A DNA stretch of 62,807 nt, filler included. It is 6 parts of 6 records of this genome, joined end to end, with 100 filler letters (N's around TTAATTAATTAA, not from the genome) between each part and the next. Parts side by side here need not be neighbours in the genome. Positions count along the whole stretch, not along the records: positions 30,290 to 45,028 come from SRR31156797_26513; positions 45,129 to 50,302 come from SRR31156797_26518; 4 more parts are not named here. The stretch is one strand, 5' to 3'. Position 1 is the first letter of the stretch. Each line of letters opens with the position of its first letter. The notes beneath the pieces are model-generated. The model did no database searches and had not been told where the DNA came from. It saw nothing but the letters and a program-made list of their open reading frames with translations. The translations under genes were made by a program, and so were the position numbers. Shown here piece after piece: positions 39,660 to 50,402 of the stretch.

Positions 39660-41399
39660 TCAATGCAGAACGACCACCTTGTTTGTATAATTCAAAGTTC
39701 CGGCAGAAATTGTCAATGTATAAATACCGGCAGGTATATTTTCGAGTGAAATTTCATACCTGATAGCCTTGCCTGCATCCACCTGACCACAATAAAAGGC
39801 CTTTCCTTGAGTATCAAAAAGTTTGATTTCGCAAATCCCATTGGCAACCTCCTGAAAATTTATTATCAAATGGTCATTCGCTGGATTTGGGAAGGTGTTA
39901 ATTACTTCCGCCCTTTTTTTTTCATCCGTTCCTACACTATTGCCTTCAGTGATCTCCAGAAATTGGTCTGCAACAATATCAAAATAAAAATCGATCATCC
40001 CGGAGGGCCATTCAACAACCAGGCAATCGATTGTTTCATGGGTTCCAAGTCCGAAATGTACATTGATGCTGTTTTGACTCTGGTATCCTGTTTGGCCAAA
40101 AACTTCACGCATCTGCCATTTCATAAACCCGTTTTCAAAGGTGTTAATTTTCACTTTGGCGCCAATGCCAGACCTGTTCGAGGCGGTGCCTATGAGTTTT
40201 ATGTTGATCCAATGATTCGAGTTGCCATTATTTTGATACAGCGCATTTTGCTCGCCAAATCTTGTTATGTATAAATCCAGGTCTCCATCACGGTCGTAAT
40301 CACCCCATGTAACACCACCCCCCTGGCCCTGCTCAGTAACGATGATCTCATCTGTTACTTTTGTGAAAGTTCCGTCGCCATTGTTGTTATACAATAGTGC
40401 ATAGGTACCCTGCGGATTGCTAGGAAGGACATTTGAAACCACAAGATCCACATCCCCGTCGTTGTCATAATCGGCAAAACCGGCACAATAGGATGTCATC
40501 CCATCGTTGACAATGTCTCCCTCTGTGACTTCGTTAAAGGATCCATCTCCATTATTTTTAAAGAGTTTATTATTGCCGTTGGTAACAGTAAGAAATGCAT
40601 CCATATCTTCATCGTTGTCGATGTCAGCAAAGCTAAAGCCTCCTCCACTTGCAACTGCCTCAGGAATAGCACCTTCGGTTATATGGGAAAAAGCACCATC
40701 TCCGTTATTCCTGTATATATCATGGGGGTTCCCGGTTTGGCTGGCAATAAAGCAATCGCTGTCGCCATCATCATCATAATCAACCCAGCAGATACCATGT
40801 GAGTTTTTTACATCTGTGGCAATGGCTCCCTGAGAAACTTTTATAAAATCACCTGCCTCCTGCAAATAGAGTGAATTAAGTTCCACGTAAGGACTACTGA
40901 GATAACAATTGGTGACGAACAAGTCGAGAGCACCATCATTGTTACAATCTACCCATGAGGCCATGGCACTGTATTCTGTATCGGTTGCAATGATGGAAGC
41001 GGTGTTTTTTGAAAATGTTCCATCACCATTGTTTGTATAGAAAAAATTGGGGAGGTTATTTCCATTGGCCACATAAAGATCCACAAAGCCATCATTGTTG
41101 TAATCCCCCCAGGTAGATCCCCACGATGTTCCGATTTCATTGCTGATGATGCTGGAATTTTCTCTTGTGAACGTTCCGTCTCCGTTGTTGTGGTAAAGGC
41201 TGTTCGGCGTATTTGTACTGTAGGCATTTCCAACAAAGAGATCCAGATATCCGTCGTTGTCATAGTCGGACCATGCACAGGTAAATGCAGGTATATCTAC
41301 GGTTGCAATCGGCGTGTTGGTAACTTTAGAGAACTGTTGTGCATTCGCACTCATGGCGATCATGAGATTGATGATCAGTAAAATTTTAATTGTTTTCAT
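39660..41399 (-). CDS. FG-GAP/VCBS repeat, ASPIC/UnbV (CRTAC1-like) protein with T9SS CTD
   Basis: Seven DYDNDG.DL-type repeats; SNRSGIGAKV, HFGLG and WPSG motifs; FPNPA...GIY CTD. Confidence 0.92.
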   Translation of the reverse strand: MKTIKILLIINLMIAMSANAQQFSKVTNTPIATVDIPAFTCAWSDYDNDGYLDLFVGNAYSTNTPNSLYHNNGDGTFTRENSSIISNEIGTSWGSTWGDYNNDGFVDLYVANGNNLPNFFYTNNGDGTFSKNTASIIATDTEYSAMASWVDCNNDGALDLFVTNCYLSSPYVELNSLYLQEAGDFIKVSQGAIATDVKNSHGICWVDYDDDGDSDCFIASQTGNPHDIYRNNGDGAFSHITEGAIPEAVASGGGFSFADIDNDEDMDAFLTVTNGNNKLFKNNGDGSFNEVTEGDIVNDGMTSYCAGFADYDNDGDVDLVVSNVLPSNPQGTYALLYNNNGDGTFTKVTDEIIVTEQGQGGGVTWGDYDRDGDLDLYITRFGEQNALYQNNGNSNHWINIKLIGTASNRSGIGAKVKINTFENGFMKWQMREVFGQTGYQSQNSINVHFGLGTHETIDCLVVEWPSGMIDFYFDIVADQFLEITEGNSVGTDEKKRAEVINTFPNPANDHLIINFQEVANGICEIKLFDTQGKAFYCGQVDAGKAIRYEISLENIPAGIYTLTISAGTLNYTNKVVVLH

Positions 41400-41720
41400 T
41401 GGTATTCGGTTTTTGAATTAAGGTGGGAAATAACAACCTTTTCTATTTATGGAGCAGGCAGATTCCATATCCGGCTACACCTGCTCTATATCCGGTATTA
41501 AATAATGCTTGTCCGGATTTTACAAAAACATAAGTTTGTGTTTACCTGAAGTTGATTTTCGCAACATACCAACCAAAATAAACAGTACCTTTTCCATGCT
41601 CTGGGTTGGAAAGAAAGAAATATTTACCGTATGCAACCCGCAAGTGTAAAATATCCTACCGGAAATAAAATGATCGGACAGAGTAGCACCCTTTTGTTTG
41701 AAATTCTCTATTTTTAGCAG

Positions 41721-43652
41721 ATGAATCTGAATTTGGGACGCATAATTTCTGTTATGGTAATTTTATTTATGACCCTTATCCAAATTGGCATGGGGCAGAA
41801 ACTTGAAACCTATGATCCCGGTTTACTTAATCGTTTTCTGACAATAGAAACCCCTGATTCCATACAAGCACAGGAGTTTAAAATTACCTACGACCAACTC
41901 CTCAATATGAATATCAGCAGAACTTGCCAATGGTCGGACAGTATTTACAGAGCGATACTCAACAATCAGCTTAACATTAATGAAAAGTTCACTCGTATTA
42001 TGGGAGAATCCCTCGATTCGTTGAGTCAATTTGCGCTTGCTGATAAATTTTTTCAGTCTTCACTGGAACAACTAACGAAAGCAGGAAACAAAAAAGCATT
42101 GCTTGCAGTAATGTTCAGGTATAGTTTAAACCTTTACAGGCAAAGCCGGTTTAGCGATGCTTTGTCGTTATTTGACCATATGATGGAGATTGCCAGGGCC
42201 GAAGGTCTGAAAGAATATCAGGCCAGGGCACATTATGGCAAAGGAAATGTTTATTACGGACTGACTGAATATGATAAAGCCATTGGAGCGTTAAATAAGT
42301 CCGTAGAAATCTGTGAAACGAATCAAATGATTGCATTGATGGCACTGAATTACAAAACCCTGGGCAACTGTTACCATTTGCTGGCAGATCCGGCCAGGGC
42401 CATCAGCTATCATAGAAAAGCACTGTCGTTACAGGATTCAAACTTGCATGCCTGGACCTATGTTGAATTGTCCAATGATTATACCTGGGATCAAAAATAC
42501 AGGGACAGTGCCTGGTATTTTGCGAAAAAGGCAATTGCAAATGCAAAACAGTTTAATAATAATTTCATGAAGCTCCTGGCCTACAAAAATCTGATGAGTT
42601 TAAGCTATCATGAAGGGAAGTTAGACTCATGCATTCAATATTCGGACAGCGCACTTCGCCTGGCCAAAAAAAACCATGATATCTCCTCAGTGGCGGAGAT
42701 CTATCAGTTGCTCAGCACGGTTTATTATCATAAGGAAGACTATAAACTTGCCTTGCGCTATTACCATACGTACTTTTTATATTATGATTCACTCATGGTT
42801 CAAAATGCAAATTTTGGCTACAGCCTTAACCGGTATCTGTTTAACTCTGCCCTCAGAAACAAGGAAATTTCTGATTTGTCCACTAAAACCGAAGAGCAGG
42901 GGTCAATCATTAAGCGAACACAAACCATGCTGGTGGTAGCGGTGCTTTTATTGGTTGCAACAATCGTGTTGGTTTACATTATTCGCTTATTGAACCAGAA
43001 AAGAATTTCGGAACTAAAACATAAGCTCACCCGATTTCAGATGAATCCCCACTTCATATTCAACTCGCTCAACTCTCTGCAGACCTTTGTTTTGGAGAAT
43101 GATGTAAAGTCAGCAAATAAGTACCTGTCGATATTTTCCAAACTCATGCGGCTTACCCTTGAAAATTCATACCATAATGAGGTCCCCGTTTCTCAGGAGA
43201 GACACCAACTGGAGCTATACTTGCAGTTGGAGTCGATGCGCTTCGATCATCAGTTCAGCTTTGCAATTCATGTGAGTCCTGATGTAGATGAAAATCACAT
43301 CAGGATACCATCATTGCTGATCCAACCATTTGTGGAAAATGCTATTTGGCATGGTTTATTAAATAAACCTGGCGGTGATAAAATGTTACAGATTTATATT
43401 ACCAAAGAAAGTGAGAAAATTGTATGCAGTATTGAGGACAACGGAATTGGCAGAGCTAGGGCGCTGGAAATAAAAACAAGGAATAAATCATCGCACAAAT
43501 CGCTGGGGACGAAGATAACCCAACAGAGGCTGGAATTATTGAGTGCCATTCATGGGAAAAACTTCCGGATTACTTATGAAGACCTGGTTAATAAATTTGG
43601 TAACCCGGAAGGTACACGGGTAAATATTTATTTACCCATGGTCTTAAACTAA
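41721..43652 (+). CDS. TPR-sensor LytS-type histidine kinase
   Basis: TPR repeats, one TM, QMNPHFIFNSLN, QPFVENAIWHG and EDNGIG motifs. Confidence 0.92.
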   Translation: MNLNLGRIISVMVILFMTLIQIGMGQKLETYDPGLLNRFLTIETPDSIQAQEFKITYDQLLNMNISRTCQWSDSIYRAILNNQLNINEKFTRIMGESLDSLSQFALADKFFQSSLEQLTKAGNKKALLAVMFRYSLNLYRQSRFSDALSLFDHMMEIARAEGLKEYQARAHYGKGNVYYGLTEYDKAIGALNKSVEICETNQMIALMALNYKTLGNCYHLLADPARAISYHRKALSLQDSNLHAWTYVELSNDYTWDQKYRDSAWYFAKKAIANAKQFNNNFMKLLAYKNLMSLSYHEGKLDSCIQYSDSALRLAKKNHDISSVAEIYQLLSTVYYHKEDYKLALRYYHTYFLYYDSLMVQNANFGYSLNRYLFNSALRNKEISDLSTKTEEQGSIIKRTQTMLVVAVLLLVATIVLVYIIRLLNQKRISELKHKLTRFQMNPHFIFNSLNSLQTFVLENDVKSANKYLSIFSKLMRLTLENSYHNEVPVSQERHQLELYLQLESMRFDHQFSFAIHVSPDVDENHIRIPSLLIQPFVENAIWHGLLNKPGGDKMLQIYITKESEKIVCSIEDNGIGRARALEIKTRNKSSHKSLGTKITQQRLELLSAIHGKNFRITYEDLVNKFGNPEGTRVNIYLPMVLN

Positions 43653-43660
43653 TGTAAACT

Positions 43661-44422
43661 ATGATCAGATCGGTAATAATTGATGATGAATCCAGTGCCA
43701 TTCGCAATTTAACCAACATTATATCCAATTTTTGCAGCGATGTAGAAATCGTTGGTTCTGCGCAGGGAGTCGTTGAAGGCATTAAGCTTATCAATGCGGT
43801 GGATCCCGAACTTGTTTTTCTGGATATTCAAATGCCTGACGGAACCGGCTTTGACATGCTGGAGTGTATTCAAACTAAAGCTTTTGACCTCATATTTGTA
43901 ACCTCCTTCAACCAGCACGCCATCAAAGCCTTTAAATACAGCGCAGCTGATTATTTGCTAAAACCAGTGGACATTGATGAACTGACAGCTGCCATCACAA
44001 GAATCCAAGAAAAAAGGAGTTCAGTTGCTTCAGGTCAGTATTTCAAGGATCTGATTGATAATCTTCAGGGAGAAACACCATCCAAAATTGCCATTACCAG
44101 TGCTACCGAAAATGAGTACATACCGGTTTTGACTATCGTCAGGCTGGAAGCATCAGGGAGTTATAGCGAAATATTCCTTAAGAATGGAAGAAAACTTGTG
44201 GCATCAAAAAAAATTAAGGAGTTCGAGGAAATCCTGCTTGATCATCCTTTTTTTCGGGTTCATAATTCGCACTTGATCAATATGCATGAAGTAATCAGAT
44301 ACAATAAAAAGGATGGTGGCTGGATAGAAATGACTGACGGGACGGAAGTTCCGCTGGCCCGCAGAAGAAAAGCCCTTTTTGACATGATGATGAAAAAACT
44401 CACCAAAGGTAGTCTAAAATAA
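43661..44422 (+). CDS. LytTR response regulator
   Basis: IIDDE, FLDIQMP, DYLLKP and FFRVHNSHLIN motifs. Confidence 0.95.
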   Translation: MIRSVIIDDESSAIRNLTNIISNFCSDVEIVGSAQGVVEGIKLINAVDPELVFLDIQMPDGTGFDMLECIQTKAFDLIFVTSFNQHAIKAFKYSAADYLLKPVDIDELTAAITRIQEKRSSVASGQYFKDLIDNLQGETPSKIAITSATENEYIPVLTIVRLEASGSYSEIFLKNGRKLVASKKIKEFEEILLDHPFFRVHNSHLINMHEVIRYNKKDGGWIEMTDGTEVPLARRRKALFDMMMKKLTKGSLK

Positions 44423-44645
44423 TCCCGGCTATGCTTTCAATGATAGGATTAATGAATCTTAAGCTTATAACACCAGGGTCAGAAAATTTCTGGTCTTTCT
44501 AATTATCCTTTTTTTCTAATAAGTGCAGCCTGCCTGTTGTTTTTTCACTTTACCGGTTATGAAATAACCCATGCCAGCTATAAAACCTGTTTGAAAACTA
44601 GATTCAAACACTTTTACTTTGGTGAATTACTAAAAACTATGCGCA

Positions 44646-44834
44646 ATGGAAAAATACAAAAAGATCATGTTTACGGGGATAATACTGATCTCCTTAGGAG
44701 TTACATTTTCAACTACAATGAGTCAATATTCCGGTTCATTTGGAATTATTCTGATTGCCGTTGGGGGATTGTTTTTCATTAGTGCAATGAGCAGAAAAAA
44801 GCAACTCAACTGTAAGAAGGACTTACAGAAGTAG
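44646..44834 (+). CDS. Small two-TM membrane protein
   Basis: 62 aa with two hydrophobic helices and a basic tail. Confidence 0.6.
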   Translation: MEKYKKIMFTGIILISLGVTFSTTMSQYSGSFGIILIAVGGLFFISAMSRKKQLNCKKDLQK

Positions 44835-44992
44835 ATCCTTTACCTACTTTATATTAAAGCATAATCAGGATCTGCATATGTTCCCTACCGCTTAAAAGGT
44901 TATTGGATGAAATATTTTCTGTCCCGACCAGTAATTATTAGACTACAAAGATTGGTGACCAGGAAAAGAAAAATAGCAGCTAGAATTATTTT

Positions 44993-45028
44993 AATCCCGA
45001 TTATTCATCCCGAAATTTCGGGATGAAT
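44993..45028. repeat. Palindromic REP-like element at contig end
   Basis: Perfect 26-bp palindrome ATTCATCCCGAAATTTCGGGATGAAT (45003-45028) preceded by a second ATCCCGA. Confidence 0.55.
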
Positions 45029-45128
45029 NNNNNNNNNNNNNNNNNNNNNNNNNNNNNNNNNNNNNNNNNNNNTTAATTAATTAANNNNNNNNNNNNNNNN
45101 NNNNNNNNNNNNNNNNNNNNNNNNNNNN
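45029..45128. other. Artificial contig spacer
   Basis: N44-TTAATTAATTAA-N44. Confidence 0.98.
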
Positions 45129-46479
45129 TCCACTGACCTTTAAAATCATTCATCCAGGCACCACCACGTTTTCCAGGACGCGGGTGAAAATCGGTGTAAA
45201 AAACTGAAAGGAACTTTCCATCGGCATCAAAAACCTCGTAAGCTGTTACTTCTTCGTTATAAACAGGAATATCTTTGTTTTCCTTAAAAGTGATCCCAAA
45301 CAATTCGGTGGCCAAACCAAAAACGCCTTCTTCAACACTACTCAATTCAAAGTAAGGCTTTAGCATTTCATCGTTCAGGTCGAATTTTTCAACCTTTAGT
45401 TTTTCGCTGTAATAACTCCAGTCCCAAGGCATAATATCGCCTTCAAAACCAATCTTTTCAGCGTATTTTTGTATTTCAGCTTTTTCCTCCAACGCAACTT
45501 TATATGAAGCTTCGTATAAGTCGTTTAACAAACCATAAACACCTTCATCATTCATTGCCATTCGGCGTTCCAAAACATAGTCGGCATAATTATCGTAGCC
45601 CAACAATTTTGCCAATTCTAAACGTAACTCAACTATACGTTTTATATTTTCCTGATTATCGAATTCATCGCCCTTGAAACTTTTATTGCCGTAAGCCATG
45701 TAAATCTCTTTACGAAGCTCACGATCGTCGGCATATTTCATTACCGAAATATAACTTGGCATAGAAATATCGAACAACCATCCCTCTTTTTCTTTTGCTT
45801 TTGCCCGACCGGCAGCTGCCTCCAACGCACTTTCAGGTAATCCAGCCAGTTTGTTTTTGCCTGTAATCAACAGCTCATAAGCATTGGTTTCCTTTAATAC
45901 ATTCTCGCCAAACTCCAACGAAAGTTTTGAAAGTTCGGTACTGATTTCGCGAAACTTCTCTTTATCCATCTCCGAAAGGTTCGCTCCCTGACGAACAAAT
46001 CCAACATAACTGTTTTCGAGTAAGGTTTGTTGTTCCGAAGTTAATTCCAACTCGTCTTTTTTCGCATAAACTGCTTTTACCCGTTCAAAAAGTACAGGAT
46101 CGAGCGAAATATCGTTCTGAAAAGCAGTTAGTTTAGGAGAAACCTCCTGCGCTATATTTTGTAATTCGTCATTGGTTTCTGCACTTAACAAGTTAAAAAA
46201 TATCCCTGCTGTACGCGCCAATAAACGCCCAACTTCATCCAAAGCCACTACTGTATTTTCAAAGGTCGGAGCCTCTGTATTCGTTTTTATGGCTTCCACC
46301 TCTGCTTTCCCTTTCTTCATTGCCTCTTCGAAAGCAGGTAAATAGTGTTCGTTCTCAATTTTATCGAAAGGCGCTGCTTTGTGAGGTGAAGAAAAATCAC
46401 CCAACAGCGGATTTTCCTGCGCTGCTACCATCCCTAATTTCATTAAAAAGATTAATGCTAATAAATAAATGCTCTTCAT
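45129..46479 (-). CDS. dcp: M3 family peptidyl-dipeptidase, 3'-truncated
   Basis: NPLL, PTFENT, PWDWSYY, LKPYF and DFHPR.GKRGGAWM motifs; cut before HEXXH. Confidence 0.9.
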
Positions 46480-46563
46480 AGTACTCGTTTTTACTTTCTT
46501 AATAGTCTTCAGAAAATTAATAGGATTACAAAAAAAGAGCGGAGATTGTTTAAAAACAATGAC

Positions 46564-47139
46564 TTATTTTTTCTTTTTCTTCTTCTCAACCGACCATCCG
46601 AACTTACCAATTTTCTCTCCCATTCCGAAATAATGTCCATGACTATATACCAGCGGATTGGCTTTTGAGAAGCTGAATGCCTGCTCTTCATTCATGTAGG
46701 TATCGTCGACCGAAACACTAACCACATCAGAAACAAACATGTGGTGGGTACCTAATTCTACAATATCTTTTACACGACATTCGATATTCACAGGCGACTC
46801 CTCGATAATAGGTGCTTTTACAATTTTAGCAGGTGCAGGTGTAAGGTTCATTTCTTTCCACTTGTTGTAATTACGCCCCGAACGACAACCACACCAATCG
46901 GTTGCACGAGCCAGTTTTTCGGTTGTCAGGTTGATAACATATTCTCCGGTACGTTTAATTATATCGTAGGAATGGCGACCGGGTCTCACCGAAATGTAAC
47001 ACATTGGAGGATCGCTGTTGATTGTACCTGTCCAGGCAATCGTAATAATATTGTATTCTTCAGGATTTTCACCACAACTCACCATAACTGCCGGAAGCGG
47101 GTATATAATTGTTCCGGGTTTCCAATATGTTCTTGCCAT
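46564..47139 (-). CDS. Flavin reductase-like (DIM6/NTAB) protein
   Basis: YPLPAVMVSCG, NIITIAW, ESPVNIEC and LGTHHMF motifs. Confidence 0.9.
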   Translation of the reverse strand: MARTYWKPGTIIYPLPAVMVSCGENPEEYNIITIAWTGTINSDPPMCYISVRPGRHSYDIIKRTGEYVINLTTEKLARATDWCGCRSGRNYNKWKEMNLTPAPAKIVKAPIIEESPVNIECRVKDIVELGTHHMFVSDVVSVSVDDTYMNEEQAFSFSKANPLVYSHGHYFGMGEKIGKFGWSVEKKKKKK

Positions 47140-47293
47140 TTTTGTATTTTTTATGTGTTACGAATAGAATATCAAAGATAATAATTGCCTACAAAGTAAG
47201 CTCCGTTATAATAAACTTACCAATGGGCAAATAAATAGTCCGTCCTTACCAGTCAAAGCAAAGAAGAACAAATCTTAATATAACTTCCTGGAA

Positions 47294-49153
47294 TTAATTT
47301 TCCGGATCATGCCAATCGCCATTTTCACGAATCAGTTGTTCCAATTCTTCAACAGCATTTTCGTAAGAGATATGTCTTTTAACCGGCTTTAAACCTTTGT
47401 ATAGATTTACTTTATTATTGCCTGCTCCAACAAAACCATAATCCACATCGCCCATTTCGCCGGGACCATTAACTACACAGCCCATAATACCAATTTTAAG
47501 GTGGTCGAGATGTTTAAAGTGTTCTTTAACCGCACGGGTTGTTTCGTGTAAATCAAATAAGGTTCTGCCACAACCCGGACAAGAGATAAATTCGGTTTTT
47601 GAAACTCGCATTCTGCTGGCCTGCAGTATTGCAAAACTCAAGTCTTTAAGCTCGGTAAAAGTAATGTTCTCATTATCGTTCGACAGGCAAACACCATCGC
47701 CGTAGCCATCAATTAATAAACTGCCAAGATCTGCCGCAGCTTTAATGTGCAGGTCTTCCAAACGTCCCTCGTTATACCTGCGGTACAATATCACCGGTAC
47801 TTTCCATATATGCGTTTCAAGCGACATAAAAAAAGCACGCAGCTCAGCCATTGGATTGGCATTATAACTTTCGAGAATAAGTACTGTTTTACGCGTTTGT
47901 TTTAACTTCATTATGATCTCAGGATGCATATCCATAAAACGATCAAATTCTGCCTTATTGGTTCGGATAAATTTCATCCTTCCCCATCGGGTACTTTCAA
48001 ACAAATATTCTTCAAGCGTAATTACCGGATATTCTTCTCCTTCAATATCCAAAATTTTATTCCCCGATAAGAAATAGTCTGGAATAAGTTTTCCGCGAAT
48101 CGGAATCATTTCACGCAAACTACGTTCACCAAGATCGGCAATTACAACCGGTAATTGTTTGTCTCCCATATTCAGCGCCGGGCGGGTATCACGTCTCTCG
48201 TACTCAAACGGATTAGTTTGGGCAATCATCGGAGCGGTTATTTCCTCGTGATTTTGATACGACCTAATATGGTTGACCAATTTCAGTGCCACCGGGATTT
48301 CATTTATTGGTTTTTCAGTCAACGAAATCCGAACAGTATCGCCAATTCCATCAGAAAGCAAAGCACCTACTCCAACAGCAGATTTAATCCGACCATCTTC
48401 TCCTTCTCCAGCTTCGGTTACTCCCAAATGAATTGGGAAGCTCATGTCTTCCAAACGCATTTTAAAATTCAACAAACGAACCGTATACACCATTACACGT
48501 GTATTACTCGATTTGATTGAAACCACCACATCGTTGTAATTTTCCTTTTTACAAATGCGCAAAAATTCCATTACAGATTCAGCAATACCGGCAGGAGTAT
48601 CACCATAACGGCTCATAACACGGTCAGACAAAGAGCCATGGTTGGCGCCAATACGTAAGGCCGTTTTGGTTTTCTTTAGCATTTGAATAAAAGGTACAAA
48701 CTGTGTTTCAATAACATCCAGCTCCTTTTTATATTCTTCGTCGGTGTATATCTTGTTTTTGAATTGTGCACGTTTATCGTAGAAGTTACCCGGGTTTATC
48801 CTAACCTTAGAAACATATTGAGCGGCTACCTCGGCCAACTTTGGATTAAAATGGATATCGGCTATTAATGGAGTATTGTATCCGCGATCCACCAACTCCT
48901 TTTTAATATTTTTCAGATTTTCGGCATCCGACATTCCTTTCACAGTAACACGAACATAGTCGGCACCTGCCTTAACAACACGAATCACCTGCTCAACTGT
49001 TGCCTCCGTATCTGTCGAATTTGTATCCGTCATAGTCTGGATTCGGATTGGATTATCTCCTCCAACCGGTACTCCGCCAATATTAACTTCTGTGGTTTTT
49101 TGACGCTGATAACGGGTTAAATCTTTAATATAGTTGAAATTACGATCCTTCAT
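47294..49153 (-). CDS. ispG: (E)-4-hydroxy-3-methylbut-2-enyl diphosphate synthase, long three-domain form
   Basis: PLIADIHF, RINPGN, HLGVTEAG, CPGCGR and MGCVVNGPGE motifs. Confidence 0.96.
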   Translation of the reverse strand: MKDRNFNYIKDLTRYQRQKTTEVNIGGVPVGGDNPIRIQTMTDTNSTDTEATVEQVIRVVKAGADYVRVTVKGMSDAENLKNIKKELVDRGYNTPLIADIHFNPKLAEVAAQYVSKVRINPGNFYDKRAQFKNKIYTDEEYKKELDVIETQFVPFIQMLKKTKTALRIGANHGSLSDRVMSRYGDTPAGIAESVMEFLRICKKENYNDVVVSIKSSNTRVMVYTVRLLNFKMRLEDMSFPIHLGVTEAGEGEDGRIKSAVGVGALLSDGIGDTVRISLTEKPINEIPVALKLVNHIRSYQNHEEITAPMIAQTNPFEYERRDTRPALNMGDKQLPVVIADLGERSLREMIPIRGKLIPDYFLSGNKILDIEGEEYPVITLEEYLFESTRWGRMKFIRTNKAEFDRFMDMHPEIIMKLKQTRKTVLILESYNANPMAELRAFFMSLETHIWKVPVILYRRYNEGRLEDLHIKAAADLGSLLIDGYGDGVCLSNDNENITFTELKDLSFAILQASRMRVSKTEFISCPGCGRTLFDLHETTRAVKEHFKHLDHLKIGIMGCVVNGPGEMGDVDYGFVGAGNNKVNLYKGLKPVKRHISYENAVEELEQLIRENGDWHDPEN

Positions 49154-49216
49154 CGATATATCTGTTAAGCTGAAATGCAAATTTACACGAATGCTTCTAA
49201 AATAAAAAGAATAGAC

Positions 49217-49224
49217 TATTTTTG
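49217..49224 (+). promoter_or_regulatory. Bacteroidota -7 promoter element
   Basis: TATTTTTG just upstream of the gldA ATG at 49241. Confidence 0.5.
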
Positions 49225-49240
49225 TTTCCGAATCTTTTTT

Positions 49241-50149
49241 ATGTCAGTAGAAACAAGGAACATAACAAAATTGTTTGGAAAACAACGAGCGCTTGACAAT
49301 GTTAGTTTTTCTGTAAATAAAGGCGAACTTGTTGGTTTTCTGGGTCCAAATGGTGCCGGAAAATCTACAACAATGAAAATTATTACCGGGTATCTTGCTC
49401 AGAATAACGGTGATATTTTAATAAACGGCGAAAAAGTTTCTACAAATGATCTTGGTTACAAGCAACAAATTGGTTATTTGCCGGAGCACAATCCCCTTTA
49501 CACTGATTTATACGTAAAAGAATTATTAGAAATAACTGCTGGTTTTTATCAGCTTAAAAACAAAAACCAGCACGTTGCCAGGATGATCGAATTAACCGGA
49601 CTTGGTTTGGAGCAACATAAAAAAATTCGTGCCCTTTCAAAAGGCTACCGTCAGCGCGTTGGCTTGGCACAGGCTTTAATTCATAATCCATCGATACTTA
49701 TTTTAGATGAGCCAACCACTGGTCTTGATCCTAACCAACTGGAAGAAATCAGGGCATTGATACGTGAAATCAGTAAGGAAAAAACGGTAATCCTGTCGTC
49801 GCACATTATGCAGGAAGTGGAAGCAGTTTGTAACCGGGTAATAATTATTAACCGGGGCAAAATTGTAGCCGACGGAGGTATTTCGGAAGTAAAAGCGGGC
49901 AACATCAACCAACCACAAGTTGTTGTGGCAGAATTTAAAGAAGACGTTTTAAAAGATGAGCTGCTGAAAATCGATGGAGTTAGCAATGCAACGCAAAACG
50001 CATCTACCTGGGAACTTGAAACCCATAAAGAATTTGATATTCGCCCATTGATATTTCAGTTTGCAGTTCAAAACAACTTAACATTACTTACTTTGCAGGA
50101 GAAGCAACAAAACCTCGAAAGTGTTTTTCAAGCTATAACCCAGCAATAA
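49241..50149 (+). CDS. gldA: Gliding motility-associated ABC ATPase
   Basis: GPNGAGKST, GYLPEHNPLY, LSKGYRQRVG and DEPTTGLDPNQL motifs. Confidence 0.88.
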   Translation: MSVETRNITKLFGKQRALDNVSFSVNKGELVGFLGPNGAGKSTTMKIITGYLAQNNGDILINGEKVSTNDLGYKQQIGYLPEHNPLYTDLYVKELLEITAGFYQLKNKNQHVARMIELTGLGLEQHKKIRALSKGYRQRVGLAQALIHNPSILILDEPTTGLDPNQLEEIRALIREISKEKTVILSSHIMQEVEAVCNRVIIINRGKIVADGGISEVKAGNINQPQVVVAEFKEDVLKDELLKIDGVSNATQNASTWELETHKEFDIRPLIFQFAVQNNLTLLTLQEKQQNLESVFQAITQQ

Positions 50150-50302
50150 ATCGAGTTTATAAAAAGGGGTGATGAGAAAAAAACCCAGAACTTTCAAAAA
50201 AGAATTTATTACAATTTTTAAGCTTGTTGTGCTTGTTGGAATTTCAAGTGCTCAACCGAACAATTTCACAAACAAATACCTTCTGCAGGAATCACAAAAA
50301 GG

Positions 50303-50402
50303 NNNNNNNNNNNNNNNNNNNNNNNNNNNNNNNNNNNNNNNNNNNNTTAATTAATTAANNNNNNNNNNNNNNNNNNNNNNNNNNNNNNNNNNNNNNNNNN
50401 NN
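50303..50402. other. Artificial contig spacer
   Basis: N44-TTAATTAATTAA-N44. Confidence 0.98.

Noticed and set aside
40270..41280. Periodic DNA similarity resembling an array
   Set aside because: Coding FG-GAP repeats; there are no identical repeats with unique spacers, so not CRISPR.
50169..50302. ORF start after gldA
   Set aside because: Too short before the contig end to assign a product.
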